Below, piece by piece: positions 30,933 to 38,769 of a stretch of DNA of 39,336 nucleotides. This DNA comes from Gemmatimonadota bacterium (GTDB lineage Bacteria; Gemmatimonadota; Gemmatimonadetes; Longimicrobiales; Gaopeijiaceae). Where the stretch lies: positions 1-39,336 of the forward strand of contig JBDHHQ010000037.1 of assembly GCA_039589315.1 (NCBI GenBank), written 5' to 3'. Numbering within the stretch: the first letter of the stretch is position 1; each line of letters starts with the position of its first letter. A model generated the notes under the pieces. The model ran no database searches. It was not told the DNA's origin and worked only from the letters and a program-made list of their open reading frames with translations. The translations under genes were made by a program, and so were the position numbers.

Positions 30933-31786
30933 GCTACGCCTTCCGGGAGGCGATCGCGGCAACTCGTCGAGCACCGGTGCTCACGGGCCTGTCTGCGGCC
31001 ATGGTCGGTCTGGCGCTCTATGTCGTCAGCCTCTTCGCTCTCGTCGCCTACAACATGCAGATCGCGCTCACGAGCGTCGAGGAGCGTGTGGAGCTGGTGG
31101 TTTACCTGAGGGACGACGGCGACCCGGTGGATCTGGAGCTGGCCCGGGAGGAGCTGGCCAGCATGCCCGAGGTCGACGGCGTCCAGTTCATCTCCAAGGA
31201 CGACGCGCTCGAGAAGGCCCAGGCCGAGCTGCCCGAGTTCGGTGACCTCTTCACCGACCTGGATGCGAACCCGCTGCCGGCGTCCCTGGAGATCTCGCTC
31301 CATCCAGGCAGTCGCACGCCGAACGCCGTGGGGCGCGTCGCCGAGCGGGCCGCCTCCTACCCCGTCGCCGAGGACGTGCGGTTCGGCAGGGAGTGGCTGG
31401 ACAAGCTGTACCTGCTCCGGCGCATGGGTGCCGCCGCCACCTCCGTCCTCGGCCTGGCCTTCGCCCTCGCGGCCGCGCTCATCATCGGCACGGCGGTCCG
31501 GCTGGCGGTGTTCGCGCGGCGGGACGAGATCTACATCATGCGCCTCGTGGGTGCCCGCGACGGGTTCATCAGACGCCCCTTCCTGATCGAGGGCGCGTTG
31601 ACCGGCCTACTGGGCGGAGTGGCGGCGGCGGGGTTGGCGTACGTCACGTTCCGTGCCGTCACCGAGCTCCTGTTCGAGCTCGCCTGGCTACCCACCGAGT
31701 GGGTCACGGGAGGCCTCGTGGCGGGAATGATCTTCGGTCTCCTCGCCAGCGGTGCCGCCGTGCGCCGTTACCTGCGCGAGGTCTGA
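30929..31786 (+). CDS. ftsX: Cell division permease FtsX
   Basis: TM1 plus extracytoplasmic loop (NPLPAS) plus 'RRDEI.IMRLVGA...FIRRPFLIEG'. Confidence 0.92.
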   Translation: MSYAFREAIAATRRAPVLTGLSAAMVGLALYVVSLFALVAYNMQIALTSVEERVELVVYLRDDGDPVDLELAREELASMPEVDGVQFISKDDALEKAQAELPEFGDLFTDLDANPLPASLEISLHPGSRTPNAVGRVAERAASYPVAEDVRFGREWLDKLYLLRRMGAAATSVLGLAFALAAALIIGTAVRLAVFARRDEIYIMRLVGARDGFIRRPFLIEGALTGLLGGVAAAGLAYVTFRAVTELLFELAWLPTEWVTGGLVAGMIFGLLASGAAVRRYLREV

Positions 31787-31787
31787 G

Positions 31788-33050
31788 GTGAGACGGCGGG
31801 GGTCCGACGGGCCTCGACTGCTCGCGCCTGGCTCCGGCCGTTGGATCCCGCTCGCCGCCCTGGTCGTTGCGTGGGGTTCGGCGCCGGACGGCCTGAGCGG
31901 ACAGGAGTCCGACGTCACGCGCGACATCATGGCGAGCCAACGCCGACTGGAGGAGATCCGCACGGAGCGCATGCAGCTACAGGGCGAGATGGACGGACTC
32001 AGGACCCGGGCGCGCGACGCCTCGGCCGAGCTCCGCAACGTGGAGCGCCAACTCTCAGCCTCCAGATCCGTTCTTGCCGAGGTGGACTTCCAGGTCGAGG
32101 CGGTGGCCACCCAGAACCAGCAGACCAGCGCCGACCTCGCCGCCACACGGGACCGGCTCGGGTCGAGCCAGCTCACGCTGAACGAGCGGCTCCGCCTCAT
32201 CTACAAGGATGGGCCGCTGCACACGGTCCGCGTGCTCCTGGGCGCTGACTCGTTCTCGAATCTGCTGAACCGGTACCGGTATCTGCGACTCATCGCCGCC
32301 TACGACCGGGCTCTCGTGGAGCGGGTGAGCCAGCTCGAGTCCTCTCTGGTGCTCCAGGACCGGGAGCTGCAGCAGAGCCTGGTCGAGCTCGAGCGCCTCC
32401 GTCGGCTCAAGGAAGACGAGCTCACCGAGCTTCGCAACGTAGAAGCGACGCATCAGCGCATGCTGAACGAGTATCGCTCGGAGGAGGCGGTGAAGAAGGG
32501 ACGGATCGAGCAGCTCGATGCCGACCACGCGCACCTCGAGGGTCTTCTCGCAGACCTGGAGGCCCGGCGCGTGGGAGATGCCCCCCGGGAAGTCGCCGTG
32601 TCCGCGACCGCCACCGCCTTCGAGGACGTCGGCGAGGGATCCCTTGATTGGCCGGTAGAGGGACGCATCGTCTATCGATTCGGGCGGGAGGAGCGCCCCA
32701 ACGGGATCGTGCTCCGGTGGAACGGACTGGGGATCGGGGCGCCGACGGGTACTCCCGTGCGGGCTGTCATGCCCGGTCGCGTGGTGCTGGCCGGCCCGTT
32801 CGAGGGCTACGGCCCCACCGTGGTCGTGAGCCACGGAGACGGCTTCTACACGCTCTACCTGTACCTCGAGGACATCGGCGTGGTCGAGGGTCGAGATCTG
32901 GAGCGAGGTCAGATCGTGGGCACCGTAGGCGGGCGTCAGACGCCGGAGGGTGCGCACATGGAGTTCCAGATCCGTGGGCCCGTGGACGGCACGGCGCCCC
33001 AGGCCCTCGATCCGCTGCGCTGGCTCAAGCCCCCCGAAGGCGCGCCATGA
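31788..33050 (+). CDS. envC: EnvC-like coiled-coil protein with degenerate M23/LytM domain (amidase activator)
   Basis: Long coiled coil, then WPVEG, WNGLGI, GYG..VVV.HG.G..TLY.YL and HMEFQIR, with the canonical Zn ligands lost. Directly downstream of ftsEX. Start is approximate. Confidence 0.82.
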   Translation: MRRRGSDGPRLLAPGSGRWIPLAALVVAWGSAPDGLSGQESDVTRDIMASQRRLEEIRTERMQLQGEMDGLRTRARDASAELRNVERQLSASRSVLAEVDFQVEAVATQNQQTSADLAATRDRLGSSQLTLNERLRLIYKDGPLHTVRVLLGADSFSNLLNRYRYLRLIAAYDRALVERVSQLESSLVLQDRELQQSLVELERLRRLKEDELTELRNVEATHQRMLNEYRSEEAVKKGRIEQLDADHAHLEGLLADLEARRVGDAPREVAVSATATAFEDVGEGSLDWPVEGRIVYRFGREERPNGIVLRWNGLGIGAPTGTPVRAVMPGRVVLAGPFEGYGPTVVVSHGDGFYTLYLYLEDIGVVEGRDLERGQIVGTVGGRQTPEGAHMEFQIRGPVDGTAPQALDPLRWLKPPEGAP

Positions 33051-34201
33051 CGCTGCACCCTGTACAGGGACACGTCCGCATCCGCGGAGTGTTGTCCGGC
33101 GCCCTCTCCCGGGGAGGCCTGCCGGGTCCTCTCCTGCTGCACGGCGCCCCTGGAGTCGGGAAGCAGCGCCTGGCCCTCTGGGCGGCTCAGCTCGCGCTCT
33201 GCGAGGCGCCCGGACCCGAAGGCCCCTGCGACGGCTGCCACACCTGCCGCCTCGCTGCCCGTCTGGAGCACCCGGACCTCCACTGGCACTTCCCCCTGGC
33301 GCGGCCGAAGGGGGTGGCGGGAGACCGCCTGCGGGGGGCGCTGGAAGACGCCAGGGCGCAGGCACTCGCCGAGTGGAGGGAGCAGCCGCTCCGGTCCCTT
33401 CAGGACGACGAGCCCCAGGGCCTCTACCTTGCCGCGATGCGGACCTTGCGACGACAGGCCATACAGCGCCCAGCCATGGCCCAGCGGCAGGTCTTCATCA
33501 TCGCCCGCGCCGAGGAGCTCGTCCCCCAGGAGGCCAGCCCCGAGGCCGCCAACGCCATCCTCAAGCTTCTCGAAGAGCCGCCCTCCCAGACCTGGTTCAT
33601 CTTGACGTCCGGGGAGCCTGGGCGCCTGCTCCCCACCGTCCGTTCGAGGACCCTCCCGCTCCACGTGCCGGGCCTGACACCCACCGAGGTGGCCGAGTTC
33701 CTGGAGGCTCGGGCGGGGGCCGACCCCCAGGAGGCCGACCGGGCGGCGCTCCTTTCGCAGGGAGCTATCGGACGGGCGCTGGGCTTCCTCAGCGAGGAGG
33801 GCGAGCCCGGCCCCCTCGAGCGAACGCGACGGGACGCGTTCCGCCTGCTTCGCGCCGGCTTGAGTGGCCGCCGCGGGGCGGCGTTCGGACCGGCGCTGGG
33901 GTTCGGCGTGTCCCGAGCCCGTGCCCTGACCGGGCTCCTCTCGGCGCTCGAGGGGTGGCTCCGGGACCTGGGCGCCGTTGCCGCTGGTGTGCCGGACGCG
34001 ATCCTGAACGTGGACGCCCGGGAAACGCTGGAGAACGCCGTGCGCGAGGGCGCCATCCATCCGGCCCAGCCGGCGCGGGCCCTGCAGGCGCTGGACCACG
34101 CTCGCATCCTGGCGGCGGGCAACGTGAACCCCCAACTCATCGTGGCCGGCTTGCTGAGGGATCTGCAACGGCATCTGGCACCCACCGGGCCAGCACACTG
34201 A
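33047..34201 (+). CDS. holB: DNA polymerase III subunit delta'
   Basis: G..GVGK, LC...PC..C..C zinc motif, HPDLH, AANA.LKLLEEPP and LLPTVRSR. Confidence 0.9.
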   Translation: MTLHPVQGHVRIRGVLSGALSRGGLPGPLLLHGAPGVGKQRLALWAAQLALCEAPGPEGPCDGCHTCRLAARLEHPDLHWHFPLARPKGVAGDRLRGALEDARAQALAEWREQPLRSLQDDEPQGLYLAAMRTLRRQAIQRPAMAQRQVFIIARAEELVPQEASPEAANAILKLLEEPPSQTWFILTSGEPGRLLPTVRSRTLPLHVPGLTPTEVAEFLEARAGADPQEADRAALLSQGAIGRALGFLSEEGEPGPLERTRRDAFRLLRAGLSGRRGAAFGPALGFGVSRARALTGLLSALEGWLRDLGAVAAGVPDAILNVDARETLENAVREGAIHPAQPARALQALDHARILAAGNVNPQLIVAGLLRDLQRHLAPTGPAH

Positions 34202-34249
34202 ACCGCGGGCCGGGGAACCGAACACGGGCCCGACGAACAGGAGCGTGAA

Positions 34250-34765
34250 GTGGACGACCCCACTCCCCGGCTGACCCACCTGGACCCGGAGGGGCAGCCC
34301 CGCATGGTAGACGTGAGCGGCAAGGCCCCCACGCGCCGGACTGCCGTTGCCGAAGGCAGGATCGAGATGTCCGAGGCGGCCTTCCAGGCGATCCGCGACG
34401 GGCGGGGACCGAAGGGCGACGCCCTCCAGGTGGCCCGGTTGGCCGGGATCATGGCCGGGAAGCGCACGGCCGATCTCGTCCCCCTCTGCCACGCCCTCCC
34501 CGGAGCCTCGGTCTCCGTGGACCTGGGCCTGGACGCGTCCCTCCCAGGCGTGGTGGCCCGAGCGGAGGCCCGGATCGCTGGCCAGACCGGTGTGGAGATG
34601 GAGGCGCTGGTCGCTGCCTCACTGGCCCTGTTGACCGTCTACGACATGGCCAAGGCCCTGGACAAGGGCATGGTCATTCGCGACGTCCGCTTGGTCAGCA
34701 AGGAGGGCGGAAAGAGGGGGTCGTGGAGGGCGTCGGCAAGCGGGCGAAGCGAGCCTACTGCCTGA
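34250..34765 (+). CDS. moaC: Cyclic pyranopterin monophosphate synthase
   Basis: LTHLD..G..RMVDVS.K, AR.AGIMA.KRT..L.PLCH, TGVEMEAL, YDMAKA.DK and KEGGK motifs. Confidence 0.96.
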   Translation: MDDPTPRLTHLDPEGQPRMVDVSGKAPTRRTAVAEGRIEMSEAAFQAIRDGRGPKGDALQVARLAGIMAGKRTADLVPLCHALPGASVSVDLGLDASLPGVVARAEARIAGQTGVEMEALVAASLALLTVYDMAKALDKGMVIRDVRLVSKEGGKRGSWRASASGRSEPTA

Positions 34766-34782
34766 CCGTCAGCCGGTCTCCG

Positions 34783-34804
34783 GGTTCGAGTCCAGCAGCA
34801 TCCC
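34783..34804 (+). other. Orphan tRNA 3' fragment (T-loop plus 3' acceptor strand), probable att core
   Basis: GGTTCGAGTCCAGC-AGCATCC-C fits tRNA positions 52-73. The sequence upstream cannot complete the T-stem or form D/anticodon arms. Confidence 0.55.
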
Positions 34805-34808
34805 TTTG

Positions 34809-34859
34809 GATAAGCGAAATCCCTGCATCAACTTAGCTCGGTGCAGGGCTTCGCTTATC
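34809..34859. terminator. Long GC/AT hairpin following the tRNA fragment (terminator-like)
   Basis: GATAAGCGAA pairs with TTCGCTTATC and CCCTGCA pairs with TGCAGGG. Confidence 0.6.
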
Positions 34860-34877
34860 TACTGATATCCACGCCAG

Positions 34878-34896
34878 AGTCTCACATAAGTCTCAC
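34878..34896 (+). repeat. Direct repeat AGTCTCAC x2 at 11-bp period (possible integrase arm-type sites)
   Basis: AGTCTCAC at 34878-34885 and 34889-34896, about 75 bp from the tRNA fragment. Confidence 0.45.
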
Positions 34897-35095
34897 TCGC
34901 GACGGATTCCTCGCGAGGCGGCCTACAGCGTCTACGGATCTGGCAGCCGCCGCCGTAACCCCATGCAATGCATGCGGTTTCGCGCGCGCGTGGCGGTGTT
35001 CAGTGACATGGCCCCCCGTGCCCGTCGAGGGCGGCGCGGGCGCTGCGGCCCGGGCCGTCGCGGATCCATCGTCAGCCGGCGGAGGGCATGAGACC

Positions 35096-36901
35096 TCAGT
35101 CTATCGCCTGAAGTCCGTGGCAGTTTCCGCAACTTTGCGCCCTGACGAACGGGTCCACGCGGTGGTGTTCGTCCTCGTAGGGAACGAGGTTCCCGTGGCA
35201 CTGGCTGCACCGGCGCTCGTCGTCGACGATGGCGCGGTGGGAGAGCTCGAAGTGCCAATACCCCGGCCGCTCCCGCTCCACCAATGCGACGAGATCGTGA
35301 CATTCTGTGCAGGCCGCGTTGTCGTACTCCGGGCGGGCGGCGCCCCCCACGCGGCGCGCAGTCGCAACCTGGGGCATGGACGCCGTCTCGATGACGCCCC
35401 ACTCGCTTAACTCGGTCAGGACCGATCGACCCGACACCCGTCCCGTCACGATGGAGGGACCCAGAAACGTTCCTTCCAGTCCGGCCTTTCCGTTGATCCC
35501 GCCGAAGCCCGTCACCTCGCCGGCCGCGTAGAGCCCGGGAATTACTTGGCCCTGCCGGTCCAGCACATGTCCCCGAGTGTCGATCACGATGCCGCCCATG
35601 CTCTTTCGAGCCAGGGGATACAGGTGTATGGCGTAGAAGGGAGGATGCTCCAGACGCGCTACCTCCTGGCAGGGAAGTGGCGTGTCATCGCCCTGGCCGA
35701 AGCGACCGAAATCGGAATCGACCCCTCGATCGACCGATCTGTTGAACCCGGCGATCGTCTCCCTGAGCACTTCTTCGGGAAGTCCCGCTTCGGTCGCCAG
35801 CGCGGCCACCGTGGAGGCCTCCTTGACGAGAGCCGAATTGCTGAATATCAGCGCCTCGATCTTCTCCTCGGTCCAGCCCGAGCCGGAAACGATCAGGCCT
35901 TCTCGCGCTCTCGAGTCGAGGATGGCCCAGTAGCTTCCGGTCGGTTGTTCCAAGAGCGCCGGCATGGCGTCCTTTGCGGAGGCGCACTCGTTGACGAACC
36001 GCTCACCTTCGACGTTGACCCAGATCGCGCGGTCCGCCAGGAGGTTGAGCCCACGATCGACGTCTGGATAGCGCGGATCGGGCAAGCCGGTCACGTAGTT
36101 CCACTGGTGGTCGAGGCGATGGAGCCCGGCGTCGACCTGCCGGGCCAGATCCAAGCCCAGACCCCGGGAGTTCCATCCCGATCCGGCCAGTATCCGGTCG
36201 GGGAAGGGCACCTCGGGGTTCCAGTGACTCCGAACCCGGTCGATGTTGCTCTGGAAGCCACCGGTTGCCATCAACACGACAGGCGCGCGAAGCTCGACCG
36301 GCGCTTCGTCCCGAATTCGGGTCCCCCTGACGCCGGCGATCCTTCCGGCTTCGACGATCAGCTCGTCGACTCGAGTATTCCACTGAAAACGAACGCCGTT
36401 CCGCAGGCCGCCTATGTAGATGGGTGTCACCAGGCCGAGGCCCCGGCCCTTGACGTTGTGAAAGCGGGGGACGGTGTTTCCGGCGATGTGCCACAGCTCC
36501 TCGAACTCGACGCCGAGGGCGATCACCCAGTCGTATATCTCGGTCCGGGAGTGATCCACGTAGTACCGAGCCCACCCCTCATCCGCGTCTTCACCCCAGC
36601 GCAGGAAGTCGGCGAACGCGAGCTCGGGGTTGTCCTCGACTCCGGCCCCTGCCTGGATCGGGCTCCCGACGATTGCCAGGCCCCCGTGAGCCGAGACCGC
36701 GTGACCGCCGAACACCGAGGCCATGTCCAACACCAGGACGTCGCCACCGCCTCGGGTGATCTCGAGGGCTGCGGACAGGCCTGCGATGCCCGCGCCGACA
36801 ACCAGGACGTCGGCATCCCGGTCCTTGACAGGCGGGCCGGCCGGGCCGCACGAGACGGTCAGGACGATCGCAATCATGGCAGCCAGGTGAACGCGTTCCA
36901 T
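35096..36901 (-). CDS. FAD-dependent oxidoreductase (FAD_binding_2/flavocytochrome c family), predicted lipoprotein, with C-terminal tri-heme c domain
   Basis: N-terminal hydrophobic stretch ending TVSC; VVGAGIAG, ATGGF, VN.EG.RF.NE, SMGG and IPGLYAAGE; C-terminal CTECH, CSQCH and CGNCH. Confidence 0.85.
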   Translation of the reverse strand: MERVHLAAMIAIVLTVSCGPAGPPVKDRDADVLVVGAGIAGLSAALEITRGGGDVLVLDMASVFGGHAVSAHGGLAIVGSPIQAGAGVEDNPELAFADFLRWGEDADEGWARYYVDHSRTEIYDWVIALGVEFEELWHIAGNTVPRFHNVKGRGLGLVTPIYIGGLRNGVRFQWNTRVDELIVEAGRIAGVRGTRIRDEAPVELRAPVVLMATGGFQSNIDRVRSHWNPEVPFPDRILAGSGWNSRGLGLDLARQVDAGLHRLDHQWNYVTGLPDPRYPDVDRGLNLLADRAIWVNVEGERFVNECASAKDAMPALLEQPTGSYWAILDSRAREGLIVSGSGWTEEKIEALIFSNSALVKEASTVAALATEAGLPEEVLRETIAGFNRSVDRGVDSDFGRFGQGDDTPLPCQEVARLEHPPFYAIHLYPLARKSMGGIVIDTRGHVLDRQGQVIPGLYAAGEVTGFGGINGKAGLEGTFLGPSIVTGRVSGRSVLTELSEWGVIETASMPQVATARRVGGAARPEYDNAACTECHDLVALVERERPGYWHFELSHRAIVDDERRCSQCHGNLVPYEDEHHRVDPFVRAQSCGNCHGLQAID

Positions 36902-36962
36902 ATATGACCCCTGGACGGTCGTCTACGCACGGTGGCCGAACGTACAGAACACCTCGCCCGGT

Positions 36963-37217
36963 CACAATTGCCTTCCGTCGCAACCGTATCCGTCAGTGTT
37001 GCGTGAAGGGGTGACGACGGGAGCGGGGAGCGGCGACCGTAGCTGTCGCCGGTGACGCAGGAGGGCGGTTGAGCTAATCAGCTCCCGCTCCCAATCCTCC
37101 TCTCCCCACCGCCTCTCCAACGCCTCGATCCCGTAGGAAGGCCACCTCGTCCTTCCACTCCAAGGCCTCCAGCCGGTTACGGGCGAAGTACCAGACGTAC
37201 TCGTCGCTGGTGTTCAT
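36963..37217 (-). pseudogene. Possible short frameshifted ORF of unknown family
   Basis: GGAG then ATG 37217 gives MNTSDEYVWYFARNRLEALEWKDEVAF; a protein-like continuation (YGIEALERRWGEEDWERELISS) lies in the adjacent frame. The 3' end is uncertain. Confidence 0.25.
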
Positions 37218-37597
37218 GGTGGAGCTCCGGGTTGGAAGTTCCTGTCAATCTGAATCTTGCGTCGGGCGAAGGTCTCGGCCATGGATGGATCGGACGCGAG
37301 CTGACCCTCCAGCCGCGCCAAGAAGCTGCAAGGAACTGCACAATGCCTGGCGCTGTCCACGGCGACGGAGGCCTTGTGCGAAAGCCGCTCTGGGCACTAC
37401 GTGAGGAGTGGTCTCTCCAGCCTAGTCAGCGTATCCCCCCTGCGCGATGGCGGACGAGAGAAGCGAAGACTACTAACGCAGCATCAGCGGTAACACCGTG
37501 GACTTCGAGAGATTGCCGAAACGGCATCGGCAATAGAGGCGTTATGCGAAGGGTGGCCTTGGGCTGCGGATCCACCGTGACTAACAGGAGCTCGGAC

Positions 37598-37984
37598 ATG
37601 CTGAGAGATCTGGACCGTGCGGCCATCGATGATCTCCGTGAGCGTCTGAGGCGCTCGATCGTTGAGGGCGATGCAGAGGCGTATACGTCATGCTTTGCCG
37701 AAGACGGCGTCATCATGCATCCGGATAGCCCGCAGGTCCGAGGTCGGGAGGCGATCGCAGCGTACGCGGCCGGCATGTTCGAGGTCGTCTCTGTTCCGCT
37801 CCTAGAACTGTCTCCAATTGTGGTGGATGGAGGTGGTGACCTGGCCTTTGAGGTGGCGACACAGGTGTGCGAACTCGAACCGGAAATGCCAGGCTTCAAG
37901 CGGGACCGTCAACACCTCCACGTGTACACGCGCGGATCGGATGGGAACTGGTACGTTGCAGCCGCAATGTCAGGAAACCAGTAG
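37598..37984 (+). CDS. NTF2-fold SnoaL/DUF4440-like protein (cassette 1)
   Basis: AGGAG RBS; 'GDAEAY...FAEDG..M.P....VRGREAI', 'GDLAFE' and 'DGNW' motifs. The 37232 start is an artefactual extension. Confidence 0.85.
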   Translation: MLRDLDRAAIDDLRERLRRSIVEGDAEAYTSCFAEDGVIMHPDSPQVRGREAIAAYAAGMFEVVSVPLLELSPIVVDGGGDLAFEVATQVCELEPEMPGFKRDRQHLHVYTRGSDGNWYVAAAMSGNQ

Positions 37985-38067
37985 CACGCCGTTGGCGTGC
38001 AGGCGGGGTTGGTCGTTCAGGCGAAGCATCACCTCTCTCGGAGTCAGTTCGGCGACCGCCACCCATC

Positions 38068-38229
38068 GCATAACGTTGTGTCTAGCGCCTCGTCGCTGCT
38101 CGCTGCTCGGGCCTACGGCACATCACGCCAGGCGTGCAGTCGAGGCGTGGGTTCCGTGAGTGGCCTAGCGGGGTTCCGTAAGTGCGCCTCGCCTGCGGCG
38201 CGAGGTCGCTAGCCAGTTTGGCGTTATGC
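38068..38229 (+). repeat. Complete attC-like site (162 bp)
   Basis: R'' GCATAAC pairs with R' GTTATGC; inner stems CTAGCG/CGCTAG, CCTCG/CGAGG and CGCTGC/GCGGCG with single bulged bases. Confidence 0.8.
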
Positions 38230-38313
38230 GAGATGCTAAGACCATGTGAGGTAGCTTGTGGGTTTGCATCGTTGAGGCTGGTCGTCCTTCTCACGTACTG
38301 AGGTGAGCACGAC

Positions 38314-38595
38314 ATGGTGTCTCTCCTCATTCCGGCTATCGCGCAGGCTATTCAGCATTGCTCGACGAGTGAAGAGGTCTACTCGGTCTTGGTGGGCCGT
38401 CGTTGTTTGACTCGCCGAGCCAGGCGGGATCGCCCACGTGTCATCGCTCTCATCCAGAAGACGCGGCACGCCTTCCCGGCGAGACCAGAACTAGGCCGAG
38501 AGTTGTCACGCGAAACAATCGATGTCCTGAACGATGCAGGCTATCTCAACCTCTGGGGCCGCACTTCGGGGATGCGCATGCGTCGCCGGACCTGA
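38314..38595 (+). CDS. Hypothetical basic protein, 93 aa (cassette 2)
   Basis: GAGGTGA RBS before the ATG; lies between the two attC-like sites; no recognised family. Confidence 0.55.
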   Translation: MVSLLIPAIAQAIQHCSTSEEVYSVLVGRRCLTRRARRDRPRVIALIQKTRHAFPARPELGRELSRETIDVLNDAGYLNLWGRTSGMRMRRRT

Positions 38596-38651
38596 CTGGG
38601 CCGAGAGGAGTTCGCACACTGCGTGTGCCCAGCGTCTCGGCGGAGCACCTC

Positions 38652-38740
38652 GCATAACATTGGTCTAGCGCCTCGTCGCCCTGTGGGGCTCCTCGGGCCT
38701 ACGGCACATGGCGCCAAGCATGTAGTCGAGGCGTGGGTTC
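38652..38740 (+). repeat. Second attC-like site, right arm missing
   Basis: GCATAAC plus blocks identical to site 1 (GTCTAGCGCCTCGTCGC, CTCGGGCCTACGGCACAT, AGTCGAGGCGTGGGTTC); no GTTRRRY end. Confidence 0.75.
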
Positions 38741-38769
38741 GCGGACTCGTTGCGGTCTGGGGGCGGCGT

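Larger units (their letters stand above)
37541..38740 (+). mobile_element. Integron-type gene cassette array (two cassettes, no integrase visible; CALIN-like)
   Basis: GTTATGC core sites at 37541 and 38223; GCATAAC inverse cores at 38068 and 38652; one ORF per unit, both on the + strand. Confidence 0.8.

Noticed and set aside
32640..33050. Active M23 endopeptidase
   Set aside because: The HxxxD and HxH zinc ligands are replaced (WNGLG, HME), as expected for EnvC-type activators.
200..34500. Numerous long antisense or alternate-frame ORFs (e.g. 374-1843, 4685-6220, 17173-18951, 25905-28094)
   Set aside because: They are shadow ORFs of real genes in high-GC DNA, with R/P/G/A- or H/V/L-biased translations and no motifs.
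34725..34804. Complete tRNA gene overlapping the end of moaC
   Set aside because: Only the T-loop and 3' strand fit. The 5' T-stem (CCGGG vs CCAGC) mispairs, and no D arm, anticodon arm or 5' acceptor strand can be formed.
34841..35410. 189-aa + strand ORF and the 156-aa minus strand ORF 34932-35402
   Set aside because: Both overlap the flavocytochrome 3' end (the + strand one also overlaps the att hairpin); no RBS or recognisable motif.
36902..37540. Integron integrase (intI) gene
   Set aside because: The gap is too short and no tyrosine-recombinase motifs are evident in the listed or hand-read frames.
38403..38657. 84-aa ORF ending in the TAA of the second R'' box
   Set aside because: The stop position is cassette-like, but it has a TTG start without RBS and non-protein-like composition. 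The overlapping 38314-38595 ORF is better supported.
38068..38740. CRISPR array
   Set aside because: The repeats are 90-160 bp, imperfect and separated by whole ORFs; there are no cas genes.
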